This document shows, one piece after another, positions 30,233-39,721 of a stretch of DNA of 64,000 nt (within the stretch, counting starts at the first letter, position 1; the number at the start of each line of letters is the position of its first letter). This stretch comes from a virus (lineage: Duplodnaviria; Caudoviricetes), in IMG/VR virus record IMGVR_UViG_3300028569_001484, positions 1-64,000 of that record; one strand, 5' to 3'. The position numbers were made by a program, and so were the translations under genes. Under the pieces are notes generated by a model. That model was not told where the DNA came from. It ran no database searches and was given only the letters and a program-made list of their open reading frames with translations.

Positions 30233-30925
30233 TTATTTTTGATTAAATTGATTGTTGTCTCTTTCTGCGATTAACTGACTATATTTTTTCGGTGTTTCCG
30301 ATTTATTTAAATTTGCATATAATGCTTCAATTGTATTGGGACGACTTGACTCAGATACTACGTTATCTTTTTTTTTAACATCGGTACTACCAAATCCTCC
30401 CTCACCTCTATCTGTAGAATCTAATTCGTCTACCAGAATAAATTCTACATTTTCAACTTTGGTTACTTTGAGTTGACAAACCTTATCACCTTTGTTGTAG
30501 AGTTTACTGTAATTTACAGTTCCTTCTAATAGATTATCGGTTCTAATTTTATAGTCTTCTGGTTGCCATTGATATTTAAAACGAAGTAATACTTCTCCAC
30601 GATAATCTGCATCGATCAATCCAATACAATTAGCCAATACTAAATTGTATTTACTAACGCTACTACGAGGAAATGCTAGAATGTCATAGTCTAAATCGGT
30701 ATGACCAAAATTACTAAACACTTTTTCTTTTTGTACAGCTAGTTTAAGATTGGTCTTATACTGAATATAATCTACTCGTTTGTATGCACCGTTATCATAT
30801 GTTTCCCCAATTATCTCTGGGCCACTTGTAACAATTACATCAAAACCAGTAGCTCTATCAGTACCTTTCTTTGGTAGATTACTTGTTTCTTTATAATCTT
30901 CGTTCTTTAATACTTGAATCTTCAT
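30233..30925 (-). CDS. dut: trimeric dUTPase
   Basis: ATGFD, PRSS, GLIDADYRGE, RGEGGFGST motifs. Confidence 0.9.
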   Translation of the reverse strand: MKIQVLKNEDYKETSNLPKKGTDRATGFDVIVTSGPEIIGETYDNGAYKRVDYIQYKTNLKLAVQKEKVFSNFGHTDLDYDILAFPRSSVSKYNLVLANCIGLIDADYRGEVLLRFKYQWQPEDYKIRTDNLLEGTVNYSKLYNKGDKVCQLKVTKVENVEFILVDELDSTDRGEGGFGSTDVKKKDNVVSESSRPNTIEALYANLNKSETPKKYSQLIAERDNNQFNQK

Positions 30926-31893
30926 AGAGCCGATACTTCTTGTTTGATCTTATCAATATTAATTTTATGCAAATCTATACCCATCTTTCCATTGGGTTGA
31001 CTCTTAATATCATAACCATACTCAGTGAAAATATCAAACTTTTTAGTTGGTTTAAAATTTTCAATAGTGAAATCCATTGCTTTGATGAATTGATCGCACA
31101 TATTCTTTGCATTAATACCACCTTCATTCATTGCCCACAATCTACCTTCCAATCCACATTCTTCACGCTTTTCGGAACCGGCTAGATACCAATACATAAT
31201 TGCATCTGCAATGTCTGAATAATTTGTTAAATCATCCATAATATATGGGGTAGGTGGACTACCTTGCATATTTTGTACTTTGGGCCATACTGGTTTAGCC
31301 CATTTGCCGTGATTTGTATATTTTCCAGATGCATTTGTACCAAATTCCAAATTAAATTCAATTGCATTACCATTATCATCTACGATGCCTAGTTGATCTT
31401 GTAGACCACCTGTTACAGTAGCTATGACAGGTGTACCACACATAATAGCTTCTGCAACACTCAAACCAAATCCTTCATTAGAACTTACATTTGACAACAC
31501 ATCGGCTAAGTTATAAAAAGCACACATTTCGTCTGGTGACCAACGAGATTCGTTTAATACGACCTTGTATTCTGGACAAATCGACGCAATTGTTGCAACC
31601 AAATCTGTACCAGCTTCACATACTTTATCAGTATGCATTACCAATGCACATTTACTAGCTTCTTCTTTTGTCAAAGAATCACAAAATGTTCTAAATGCTA
31701 GAATAAGATTGGCGGGGTGTTTACGATGTGCATTTCGGCTATTAAATGCTACAATGAAATTATAATCGCCGTCACCCAACAATTCTTTTTTAATTTTTTG
31801 AACAGCTGGATTATTCTTTTCCAATACTCTAAATTCATTGCTGTTAATACCGTGTGGCACCAAATGCAATAGATGTTTTCCGTTTACTGGCAT
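30922..31893 (-). CDS. GT4 glycosyltransferase, C-terminal part
   Basis: VPHGI, RNAHRK, EGFGLSVAEAIMCGTPVIA; AAGGAG SD upstream. Confidence 0.85.
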   Translation of the reverse strand: MPVNGKHLLHLVPHGINSNEFRVLEKNNPAVQKIKKELLGDGDYNFIVAFNSRNAHRKHPANLILAFRTFCDSLTKEEASKCALVMHTDKVCEAGTDLVATIASICPEYKVVLNESRWSPDEMCAFYNLADVLSNVSSNEGFGLSVAEAIMCGTPVIATVTGGLQDQLGIVDDNGNAIEFNLEFGTNASGKYTNHGKWAKPVWPKVQNMQGSPPTPYIMDDLTNYSDIADAIMYWYLAGSEKREECGLEGRLWAMNEGGINAKNMCDQFIKAMDFTIENFKPTKKFDIFTEYGYDIKSQPNGKMGIDLHKINIDKIKQEVSAL

Positions 31894-31894
31894 A

Positions 31895-32449
31895 TTATAG
31901 GTTCTCCTTCTTTATAATGTTTCCGTTGTTGTCAAAGTCTCCAAAGATACTGGTACAATTTTCTGGTCCTAATATTTGTTCGATGATATTATGGGTTTGT
32001 TTGCTTATTGAAAATAAAGAGTCACAACTTTGATAAAACGGTTTATTCCACATAGGATACGGCAAATCATCCCATATTGTTAAATAAGTTAAAGGAATTT
32101 TAGAACGAATCTGATTTTCAATATTGTACAACCATCCCCAGAAACGTGGATCTGTAAAGTGCATAATTGCATCTGGTTTTTCTAGAGACATGATTTGAAA
32201 TAGAATTTCTTCATCACCATAACCATCTACAGGATATAATCTGAGATAGTTATCATTTCGTCCATTGAGTTTATCAACAGCTTCTTTCATATCAACGATT
32301 TTACCTTGTTCAGGGTGTTTAATGGCACCAGCTATTTGCACCCAATCGTAATGCTGTACGGTGCCTAAGACAAGTTCCCGTGACATTGTTGCGATACCAC
32401 TATGCATTCTTAGATCGTCGCTCAATAATAATATTTTTTTCTTCTTCAT
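31895..32449 (-). CDS. GT4 glycosyltransferase, N-terminal part
   Basis: KILLLSDD...SGIA, EKPDAI, TDPRFW, IWDDLP, ISKQT. Confidence 0.75.
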   Translation of the reverse strand: MKKKKILLLSDDLRMHSGIATMSRELVLGTVQHYDWVQIAGAIKHPEQGKIVDMKEAVDKLNGRNDNYLRLYPVDGYGDEEILFQIMSLEKPDAIMHFTDPRFWGWLYNIENQIRSKIPLTYLTIWDDLPYPMWNKPFYQSCDSLFSISKQTHNIIEQILGPENCTSIFGDFDNNGNIIKKENL

Positions 32450-32664
32450 TTAGATTCCTTTGTAGATAGTTGAAATGGTTGATTATAACTTAATTTTTGA
32501 CAAACGCTTTCGCTTATTTCTGTTTGAAAATTCGAATCGGTCAAATATCTTTCCAAACACTTATTTACAAAGTCTTGAAATGATATTCTACCACGAATAT
32601 TAAGCTCTTTAAATTGATTATATAACTCTTGATTGAGTTTTACTGTAGTAACAACTTGGTCCAT
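32446..32664 (-). CDS. ribbon-helix-helix (Arc/CopG-like) DNA-binding protein
   Basis: TTVKL beta strand followed by two helices (ELYNQFKEL, SFQDFVNKCLERYL). Confidence 0.65.
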   Translation of the reverse strand: MDQVVTTVKLNQELYNQFKELNIRGRISFQDFVNKCLERYLTDSNFQTEISESVCQKLSYNQPFQLSTKESK

Positions 32665-32698
32665 AACATATGTGTATATGTATATATGTACATATGTT
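32665..32698. promoter_or_regulatory. inverted repeat directly upstream of RHH gene (candidate operator)
   Basis: aacatatgt-16 nt-acatatgtt abutting ATG at 32664. Confidence 0.5.
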
Positions 32699-32707
32699 CA
32701 AAATTAA

Positions 32708-33598
32708 TTATAATTTGGTAGCTTTACCATCACACAGTTTTTTGTAATGGGTACAATACTTACAGTGTTTCTTACCGTTGCCAGGAACTTTAATATATTG
32801 ATTGGTTTCGTTGTAGTTTCCTTCTGGGGTAAATCCATAATCCAAAAACTCAACAAATGATTTAATCGATTCTTTGATAATAGTTGGGCCAGTAGAGGGT
32901 TTAAATACTTGAATTCTGCTTTGTGGAAAGCTTACATTTTCATAAAGTTTACGTTTTACGATAAAAAACTCCACTTCGATATTATTGAGTGGTACGTTAA
33001 ACATTTTACTGTATACAGATTTGTATAGATGTAACTGTGCAAGTTTGCTTACATCTTCTTTCATATAACTGTTCCAACCACTACTAGATGTCTTGAAGTC
33101 AATAATACGATAATATTCTTTATCTTTTTCTTTTAAAACAATGTCAATAAATCCTACAAACTCCACGTTATTTTTAATGGGTATTTCTAGTGGAATTTCG
33201 ATACCAACCAATTCATAGTCTTTGGTAGAGAAGTATTTGAGTCTATTAGCAGATTTACAGAATGTATCTATAATATCATTACCATCAAAAATGAAGTCGG
33301 TAAATTCTTCTTCTTTTACATCTTTTACCTTTTTGATTTGCTCATTAAACTTATCTAAGAATAACTTCTTTACATCCAACGAGTCTGCAATACCTACCCC
33401 TTCCTTATATAAGGATGTAAGATATGTTTGAAATGCATGATGAATGGCAGTTCCAAACGTGGTATTAATATTATCATCCTTAACCCGAAGATTCTTAACA
33501 TAATCTAAATGCCATTTATTTGGACATTTTAGGTAGGTAGCGTACTGACTAAAGCTAACTCTCTTCTTTTTTATTTCTTTATTATTAATTTCTTCCAT
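32708..33598 (-). CDS. PD-(D/E)XK exonuclease (RecB/Cas4-like)
   Basis: SFSQ...CP, FGTAIH, GFIDIV, IIDFKTS, QLHLY, CKYC...C. Confidence 0.85.
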   Translation of the reverse strand: MEEINNKEIKKKRVSFSQYATYLKCPNKWHLDYVKNLRVKDDNINTTFGTAIHHAFQTYLTSLYKEGVGIADSLDVKKLFLDKFNEQIKKVKDVKEEEFTDFIFDGNDIIDTFCKSANRLKYFSTKDYELVGIEIPLEIPIKNNVEFVGFIDIVLKEKDKEYYRIIDFKTSSSGWNSYMKEDVSKLAQLHLYKSVYSKMFNVPLNNIEVEFFIVKRKLYENVSFPQSRIQVFKPSTGPTIIKESIKSFVEFLDYGFTPEGNYNETNQYIKVPGNGKKHCKYCTHYKKLCDGKATKL

Positions 33599-33604
33599 TA
33601 GATT

Positions 33605-33633
33605 ATTTTATATCAAATTTATTTAGTAGTCAA
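33605..33633 (-). promoter_or_regulatory. sigma70-like promoter, probably leaderless transcript
   Basis: TTGACT-17 nt-TAAAAT-AATCTA-ATG. Confidence 0.7.
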
Positions 33634-33656
33634 TCTATAAAAACTATATATTGTAT

Positions 33657-34388
33657 ATGAAGAAATTTATAACTATTCTGTTGACAGCACTTAATCTATA
33701 CGCAAACGATCTTTATCTATATGATAAGAATAATGACGTAGAATTAACCGAGGTAATTAATAATAAATTAAACGTATTACCCACTATTATTGGTAAAACA
33801 TACACTCTTACCAACAGTCTTAATATAAACACAACCAACTCTAGTGTATCATATATAGTACCATATCGTATTGCATTGTTGCAGAAAGAAAATACTTCTA
33901 CATACTTCAATCAAACAAGTACTGAATATGTAAATGACTTTAAATTGCCAGAAGTGGTTAAAGTAAAAGACGCAATGTTTAACTTTACTGTTAATGGAGA
34001 ACTATATTGTGTTAGTGAAAGTACCAATCTAAATACATTACTTACTACGTTATGTAGTGTAACATTTGGTCAATCCACATTCTTTATTAAATCCAATGAA
34101 AAGTTTACTCACGTATATGTAATGAGTGGTAATGTAACCGTATTGGATAATAAGTCTAAGAAGAAGAAAGAATTAAAATCAGGCGACTATTTGGTAGTTA
34201 CCCCACAGATTGTTATGAGTGCTAGAGAAGCTAGTGTTACTAAGTTGGGTAATAGTTTTAGTGTTAAGGAAGTAGAGGATGAAGAAAAAGAAGTACACTC
34301 TAAAGAATCGACTACATTAAAATCTAAGTTGGATAATACTTTATTTGTAAACTACGGACAAAATATTTTTGGTTTTAAATTAAAATGA
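33657..34388 (+). CDS. secreted protein, possible FecR-like beta domain
   Basis: Signal peptide MKKFITILLTALNLYA; THVYVMSGNVTV...LKSGD motif. Confidence 0.55.
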   Translation: MKKFITILLTALNLYANDLYLYDKNNDVELTEVINNKLNVLPTIIGKTYTLTNSLNINTTNSSVSYIVPYRIALLQKENTSTYFNQTSTEYVNDFKLPEVVKVKDAMFNFTVNGELYCVSESTNLNTLLTTLCSVTFGQSTFFIKSNEKFTHVYVMSGNVTVLDNKSKKKKELKSGDYLVVTPQIVMSAREASVTKLGNSFSVKEVEDEEKEVHSKESTTLKSKLDNTLFVNYGQNIFGFKLK

Positions 34389-34612
34389 AATTAGATCATC
34401 TAGAGTCTCTCACAGAAGACGAATTAGCAATGTTATGGTTCTGTATTAATAAAATTAATCCGCCTGTATTAAGTGGCGAAGAACTTGAACCGTGTTTATT
34501 TGTTTCAATTAAACATAAACGGTTGATGGATAGAATATTACAATGTGCGCAACACGTAAAAGAAGAACATCACGCAGTTTTCACTGGACTTGTTGCTAAA
34601 TTGAAGGTATAG
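34385..34612 (+). CDS. hypothetical protein
   Basis: ATGA-coupled ORF. Confidence 0.6.
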   Translation: MKLDHLESLTEDELAMLWFCINKINPPVLSGEELEPCLFVSIKHKRLMDRILQCAQHVKEEHHAVFTGLVAKLKV

Positions 34613-34659
34613 TAGAAATTTCCAACGTTTTTTCCAACGATTTACTATTTATTAATGTT

Positions 34660-34815
34660 ATGGGTAGAAAGAAATTAAATAGAACACCAGATGAAATACG
34701 AGAACAAAATAGAAAACGATACGAACGATTCTACAGAAAAAATTGTAACAGAATCAGAAAAGAAAAACTTGAACGATATCACAACAAAGTGGACAAGACA
34801 TTGCCCGAAATGTAA
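34660..34815 (+). CDS. MGRKK-family small basic protein, copy A (not in ORF track)
   Basis: MGRKKLNRTPDEIREQNRKRYERFYRKNCNRIRKEKLERYHNKVDKTLPEM; TATTTAT at 34646; three homologues in window. Confidence 0.75.
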   Translation: MGRKKLNRTPDEIREQNRKRYERFYRKNCNRIRKEKLERYHNKVDKTLPEM

Positions 34816-35594
34816 TAAGGAAATAATCTATAAAGATAAATATAACTGTTCTTATGCATCGTTAAAAAATACAAATTGTATGTCATGCAATGCTACAGGC
34901 AAAAAACACAGCGTGGAAACTATTGAAAAAATTAAAAATAAAAATATAAATAAAAAAGTATCTTTTGAAACCAGAGAAAAATTGTCAAAAATAAATACTG
35001 GAAAAAAATTATCGAATAACACTAGATTAAAAATAAAATCATCTTTAATAGGCAATAAAAGAATGCTTGGAAAACACCATACTACTAATACCAAACAAAA
35101 AATTTCTACGTCATTAAAAGGAAAAATGTGTGGGATTAAGAATCCGAGATATGGCAAAGTTGGAACAAATAAAGGAAAAAAGTTTTCTTTAGAAACCAGA
35201 CGGAAAATATCACAATCTCGTATGGGTAAAAAAGCATCGGAAGAAACAAAGAGAAAAATTCAGAGAATTGTTCTTAAAAAGAAAGTTAAAATCCGGAAGC
35301 ATATTTTTTCCAGCATATAATGAAACCGCATGTTTGTATTTTGATTGGTTGAATAAATGGATGGGTTGGAAAGGTCGGTTTGCAACGAACGGTGGCGAAT
35401 TTCAAATAGGCAATTATTTCGTTGATTATTACGAACCGGAATTAAATATTGTTATTGAATATGATGAAAAACATCATTTTAAAGGGGGGGAACTAAAAGA
35501 AAAAGATGTTTTAAGAATGGAATACATTAAAAAAACTTTACATTGCAGGTTTTTCAGATATACTGAGAGTAACAATGTAATCTTAGAGTACTAA
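34691..35594 (+). mobile_element. NUMOD3-repeat / PD-(D/E)XK (Vsr/DUF559-like) homing-type endonuclease with a 1-nt frameshift near 35254-35258
   Basis: CPKC zinc ribbon, HSVETIEKI-type repeats, NGGE...VDYY...IEYDEKHH; paralog at 57681-58619 is uninterrupted. Confidence 0.8.
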
Positions 35595-35597
35595 ATC

Positions 35598-38255
35598 ATG
35601 TATCAAAATATTTATATTTCACAAAAAGAAAAATTAGCCTATATTTGGGATGATAAAAAAGGTTTGGTAAAAATACCACTCCATAAAGGAGTATACGCAT
35701 ATAGAAAATCGACTAATGGTATATATAAAAGTATATACGGTGATAAATTAGAGAAAATTTATAAATTCAATCCAAAAGACCCCAGTTTATTTGAAAGCGA
35801 TGTTAAACTAGAAACTAGGTTTTTAATAGATTTGTACGAGGACAGTGACGAACCTTCTGAAGGACATCGTGTTGTGTATCTTGACATTGAAGTTAGTACC
35901 GAAGGTGGCTTTCCAAACGTAGAAGAAGCTGATAAAGAAATTACAGCTATTGCTATTTATGATAGTTGTACATCTAAATATACAGCTTTCATTTTGGATA
36001 AAGAACATAAGCTACAGGACTTCGTTAAAGAAAATGTAGAAGTACGTAGTTTTACAGATGAAGATAGTCTATTGATGCACTTTCTTACCAAATGGGAAGA
36101 AATTCAACCTACTATTAGTACTGGTTGGAACAGTGATAACTTCGACATGCCGTATCTATTCCGTCGTATGAAAAATATCGTTGGTCCAAACAATGCAAAA
36201 CGTTTGAGTCCAATTCAAGTTGCTTATATCAATGACTGGAATAAGAAAGTTATTGTAGCTGGGGTAACTCATTTGGATTATATGACTCTTTACAAGAAGC
36301 TTAATATTAAACAAGAAGCTAGTTATGCTCTTGGTGCTATTGGTAAAAAGATCGTGGGTATGGAAAAGATTGCCTATAAAGGTAGTTTGGATGATTTGTA
36401 CAAAGCTGATATCAACAAGTATATTGAATATAACTTGAACGACGTACAAATCATTGTAGCACTAGAAAAGAAGTTACAGTTTATTGAATTGGCAAGGGCT
36501 ATTTGTCACAAGGGTCACGTTCCATATGAATGGTATGAAATGAGTTCTCGTTTCATTGAAGGTGCTATTCTTATGTATCTACGTCGTAAAGGACAAGTCG
36601 CTAAAAATAAATCATTGGATGGCCGTGATGAATATGAAACTCAAATGGAAGATAATGAACAAGGTTTTGAGGGTGCTTATGTTAAAGCTCCTACTCCCGG
36701 TCGTTATGATTGGGTCTTTGACTTGGACCTTACATCAATGTATCCGAATATCATCATCAGTCTTAACTTATCGCCTGAAACTAAAGTAGCAGTAATTAAT
36801 AAGATTGAATATGATGATTCTTATGTAGAAGATCGCACCAAAGAAATTCGTGAGGATTATGAGAATCTAGGTGATAGTGCTCAGAAGAAGACTCCATTTG
36901 CTCAATATCTTGAACAACGGTTGTACGCATTTAATGCTAGATTGTTTGCTCAAGACAAGATTGGCAAGTATCACGTTGGATCTACAGTTTATACCAATGA
37001 TGAATTTAAACAGTTAATTACACAAACTAATTTGAGTGTTGCTAGTAATGGAGTAATGTGTAAACAAGACAAGACTGGGGTTATTCCGGAAATTCTAGTA
37101 AAGTGGTTCGATGAACGTAAGGATCTTCGTAAACTTGCTAAAAAGCATGCAGATTTAAAAGAATGGGAAAAATATGAATTTTATGATGGTCGTCAAAAAG
37201 TACAAAAAGTATTACTTAATTCAATCTACGGTGTATTGGGTCTACCGATCTTTAGATTTTATGACAAGGATAATGCGAGCGCTGTTACCATAACTGGTCA
37301 AGATATTATCAAATCTACTGGTAAGGCTATTAATGAATGTTTCAAACGTTCACTGAATGAGAAAGAAGGAGATTGGGTTATCTATACAGATACAGATAGT
37401 TGTTTTGCTAGTGCATTACCTATCATCAAAAAGAATATGCCTGATATCGATCTAAACGATGAAAAGGCAATGACTGAGGCTATTTTGAAAGTAACTGGTG
37501 ATGTACAATCATTTGTTAATAAGTTTTATGATGTAATGGCAAAACGTTACTTCAATATTGAGAAACATCGATTTGACGCAAAACAAGAAGTTATTGCCAA
37601 GACCAGTTTCTGGTTGGCTAAGAAACGTTATGCTCAGTTTATTATCAACAAAGCCGGTATTGAGTGTGATGAAATGGAAGTAAAGGGTATTGACGTAGTT
37701 CGTACATCATTTCCAATTAGGTTTCGTAAGTTTATGCAAAAGTTCTTGGATGATATGTTACGTAAACTCCCAAAAGAGCAAATTGATGCTAGTATTCTTG
37801 AATTTAAGGATAAGATGTCTACTTATCCAGTTATTGAGATTGCAAAGAATACTAGTGTAAAGTTTAAGAGTCAAAATGGAGATAATGATTATAATCCAAA
37901 GACCAGACATCCATTTCAGTTTATGGATGGTACTCCAGCACAAGCTAAAGCAGCTTTGGCTTATAATGATTTGTTGAAGACTTGGAAGTTAGACAAAGAT
38001 GTACCTGAGATTTTCCACGGTCAAAAGATCAAGTGGGTATATCTAAAACAAAATCAATATGGCGTTGAAGGTATTGCTATGAAAGCTGATGGTACTGATC
38101 CTGATCGTATTATGGAGTTCATTGAACAATATGTAGACAGAAATGCTATGTATGAGCAAGAACTTAAAGGCAAGTTGTTAGACTTTTATAATGTGTTGAA
38201 TTGGAGTTATCCAAATGAGACAGATGTTAAATTGGAAGAGTTTTTTAGTTTTTAA
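35598..38255 (+). CDS. polB: family B DNA polymerase
   Basis: Exo LDIE, GWNSDNFD, YNLND; DLTSMYP, KVLLNSIYG, YTDTDS, KKRY. Confidence 0.97.
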   Translation: MYQNIYISQKEKLAYIWDDKKGLVKIPLHKGVYAYRKSTNGIYKSIYGDKLEKIYKFNPKDPSLFESDVKLETRFLIDLYEDSDEPSEGHRVVYLDIEVSTEGGFPNVEEADKEITAIAIYDSCTSKYTAFILDKEHKLQDFVKENVEVRSFTDEDSLLMHFLTKWEEIQPTISTGWNSDNFDMPYLFRRMKNIVGPNNAKRLSPIQVAYINDWNKKVIVAGVTHLDYMTLYKKLNIKQEASYALGAIGKKIVGMEKIAYKGSLDDLYKADINKYIEYNLNDVQIIVALEKKLQFIELARAICHKGHVPYEWYEMSSRFIEGAILMYLRRKGQVAKNKSLDGRDEYETQMEDNEQGFEGAYVKAPTPGRYDWVFDLDLTSMYPNIIISLNLSPETKVAVINKIEYDDSYVEDRTKEIREDYENLGDSAQKKTPFAQYLEQRLYAFNARLFAQDKIGKYHVGSTVYTNDEFKQLITQTNLSVASNGVMCKQDKTGVIPEILVKWFDERKDLRKLAKKHADLKEWEKYEFYDGRQKVQKVLLNSIYGVLGLPIFRFYDKDNASAVTITGQDIIKSTGKAINECFKRSLNEKEGDWVIYTDTDSCFASALPIIKKNMPDIDLNDEKAMTEAILKVTGDVQSFVNKFYDVMAKRYFNIEKHRFDAKQEVIAKTSFWLAKKRYAQFIINKAGIECDEMEVKGIDVVRTSFPIRFRKFMQKFLDDMLRKLPKEQIDASILEFKDKMSTYPVIEIAKNTSVKFKSQNGDNDYNPKTRHPFQFMDGTPAQAKAALAYNDLLKTWKLDKDVPEIFHGQKIKWVYLKQNQYGVEGIAMKADGTDPDRIMEFIEQYVDRNAMYEQELKGKLLDFYNVLNWSYPNETDVKLEEFFSF

Positions 38256-38261
38256 AAAGTT

Positions 38262-38669
38262 ATGAAAAAATATAGTGAGTTATTGACTATTCCTGAAGAG
38301 GGATCGTCGTTAGAGTTGAAAACTAGTTATGATACAGTTATTGCTCGTAAATATGAACGTGTGGTAATTGGTCAACGGGGTCCATATGTAGAATTTACAC
38401 CCAATCAAATGATGTGTGATAAACTGTTTATTCCTAAAAATCAATTATATAGACTAAGTGACCCAAAGGTTTACTATATTGAGTTTAGAACCAATGATAG
38501 TAGCAATGTGAAAGTATATTATCAAATGAGAACAGTCGCATATGCAGATTATAAAATTGGTTATTTTTATGTATCACCAAGTGATTTATACAGTGGGGGT
38601 ATAAAGTGTCTTTCTGAAAAGAATCACATCAATGAAAACGTGGGATTATTTTTTGAATTCAACAATTGA
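38262..38669 (+). CDS. hypothetical phage protein
   Basis: RVVIGQRGPYVEF...VAYADYK ORF between polymerase and clamp. Confidence 0.7.
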   Translation: MKKYSELLTIPEEGSSLELKTSYDTVIARKYERVVIGQRGPYVEFTPNQMMCDKLFIPKNQLYRLSDPKVYYIEFRTNDSSNVKVYYQMRTVAYADYKIGYFYVSPSDLYSGGIKCLSEKNHINENVGLFFEFNN

Positions 38670-38694
38670 CAAACAAATCGACATCGGTTAACAT
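38666..38694 (+). promoter_or_regulatory. sigma70-like promoter, near-leaderless
   Basis: TTGACA-17 nt-TAACAT, ATG 8 nt downstream. Confidence 0.65.
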
Positions 38695-38702
38695 TATAGA
38701 GT

Positions 38703-39440
38703 ATGAAGAAACAAGTATTAACTACATTTATCGACAAATATTCACTCAACGGTACCATTGAAAGTGTTAAATGGATCGTTGACAACAGCAACAAACAAAT
38801 CAAAACAGCATCAATTAGTGATGATAAAAACGTTATCAGTTATGTTGTGATTAAAGATGACGCGGGGTTGACTGATTCTGAGATTGGTATCAATGATACT
38901 ACCAAGCTAAAGAAGTTGTTGAATGTTCTAACAGAGGACGTTAACATCTCATATAACAAGCGTGAAGAGAAGATTGTTTCACTATCATTGAATAGTGAAG
39001 GTACTGATGTACAGTACGTTACTGCTGATTTGACTGTGATTCCAAAGGTTCCAGATCTCAAAAAGTTGCCTCCGTTCAATTTAGAGATTCCTCTTACGAA
39101 GGACTTTGTTACTACATTCGTTAAAGCTAAGAGTGCTTTGAGTGATGTTGATACAATGACTTTTATCAAAGATAAAAAGGATAAGATCAAGTTAACTATT
39201 GGATATAGCAGTGTTAATAGCAATCGTATTAATATCGATATCAAGCCAACAGAAGGTAAAGATACTCTTGGTAAGACTATTCACTTTAGTGCTAAGTATC
39301 TAAAAGAGATTTTGACTAGCAATAGTGATTGTGAAAATGCAGTATTGAAGATCAGTGATGCTGGTATTGCTCACGTTGAGTTTAATAACGATCTATTCAA
39401 TAGTTCTTATTATCTAATTGACATCAAGAGCGTAGATTAA
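38703..39440 (+). CDS. DNA polymerase sliding clamp (gp45/PCNA-like)
   Basis: 245 aa, position between polB and clamp loader, FSAKYLKEIL...LKISDAG...YYL clamp-like C-terminus. Confidence 0.7.
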   Translation: MKKQVLTTFIDKYSLNGTIESVKWIVDNSNKQIKTASISDDKNVISYVVIKDDAGLTDSEIGINDTTKLKKLLNVLTEDVNISYNKREEKIVSLSLNSEGTDVQYVTADLTVIPKVPDLKKLPPFNLEIPLTKDFVTTFVKAKSALSDVDTMTFIKDKKDKIKLTIGYSSVNSNRINIDIKPTEGKDTLGKTIHFSAKYLKEILTSNSDCENAVLKISDAGIAHVEFNNDLFNSSYYLIDIKSVD

Positions 39441-39464
39441 TAAAGTAATATAAACGATATGTGT

Positions 39465-39494
39465 ACCGTTAATTTAATTATTAACGGTTTTTTT
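39465..39494 (+). terminator. intrinsic terminator
   Basis: accgttaat-ttaatt-attaacggt followed by T run. Confidence 0.7.
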
Positions 39495-39559
39495 AATATT
39501 AATTTAAATGTTTGGATTTTTTTGTTTGGAGTTTTATATATATAAATAGAAAGATTTAT

Positions 39560-39721
39560 ATGGGGAGAAAGAAAAAATATGAAACGAAACAACAACTTAT
39601 CAATGCAAAAAAAGAATGGCGTAAAAAACACTATTATAAAAAACAAAAATATTATCAAGAGCAAAGAATGCTTAGATATTGGGCGGATAAAAATTTGGAC
39701 AAAAATTTGTCCTCAATGTAA
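39560..39721 (+). CDS. MGRKK-family small basic protein, copy B
   Basis: MGRKKKYETKQQLINAKKEWRKKHYYKKQKYYQEQRMLRYWADKNLDKNLSSM. Confidence 0.75.
   Translation: MGRKKKYETKQQLINAKKEWRKKHYYKKQKYYQEQRMLRYWADKNLDKNLSSM

Noticed and set aside
32708-33598. CRISPR-Cas locus around a Cas4-like nuclease
   Set aside because: No repeat-spacer array or other cas genes seen; solo PD-(D/E)XK exonucleases are common in phages.
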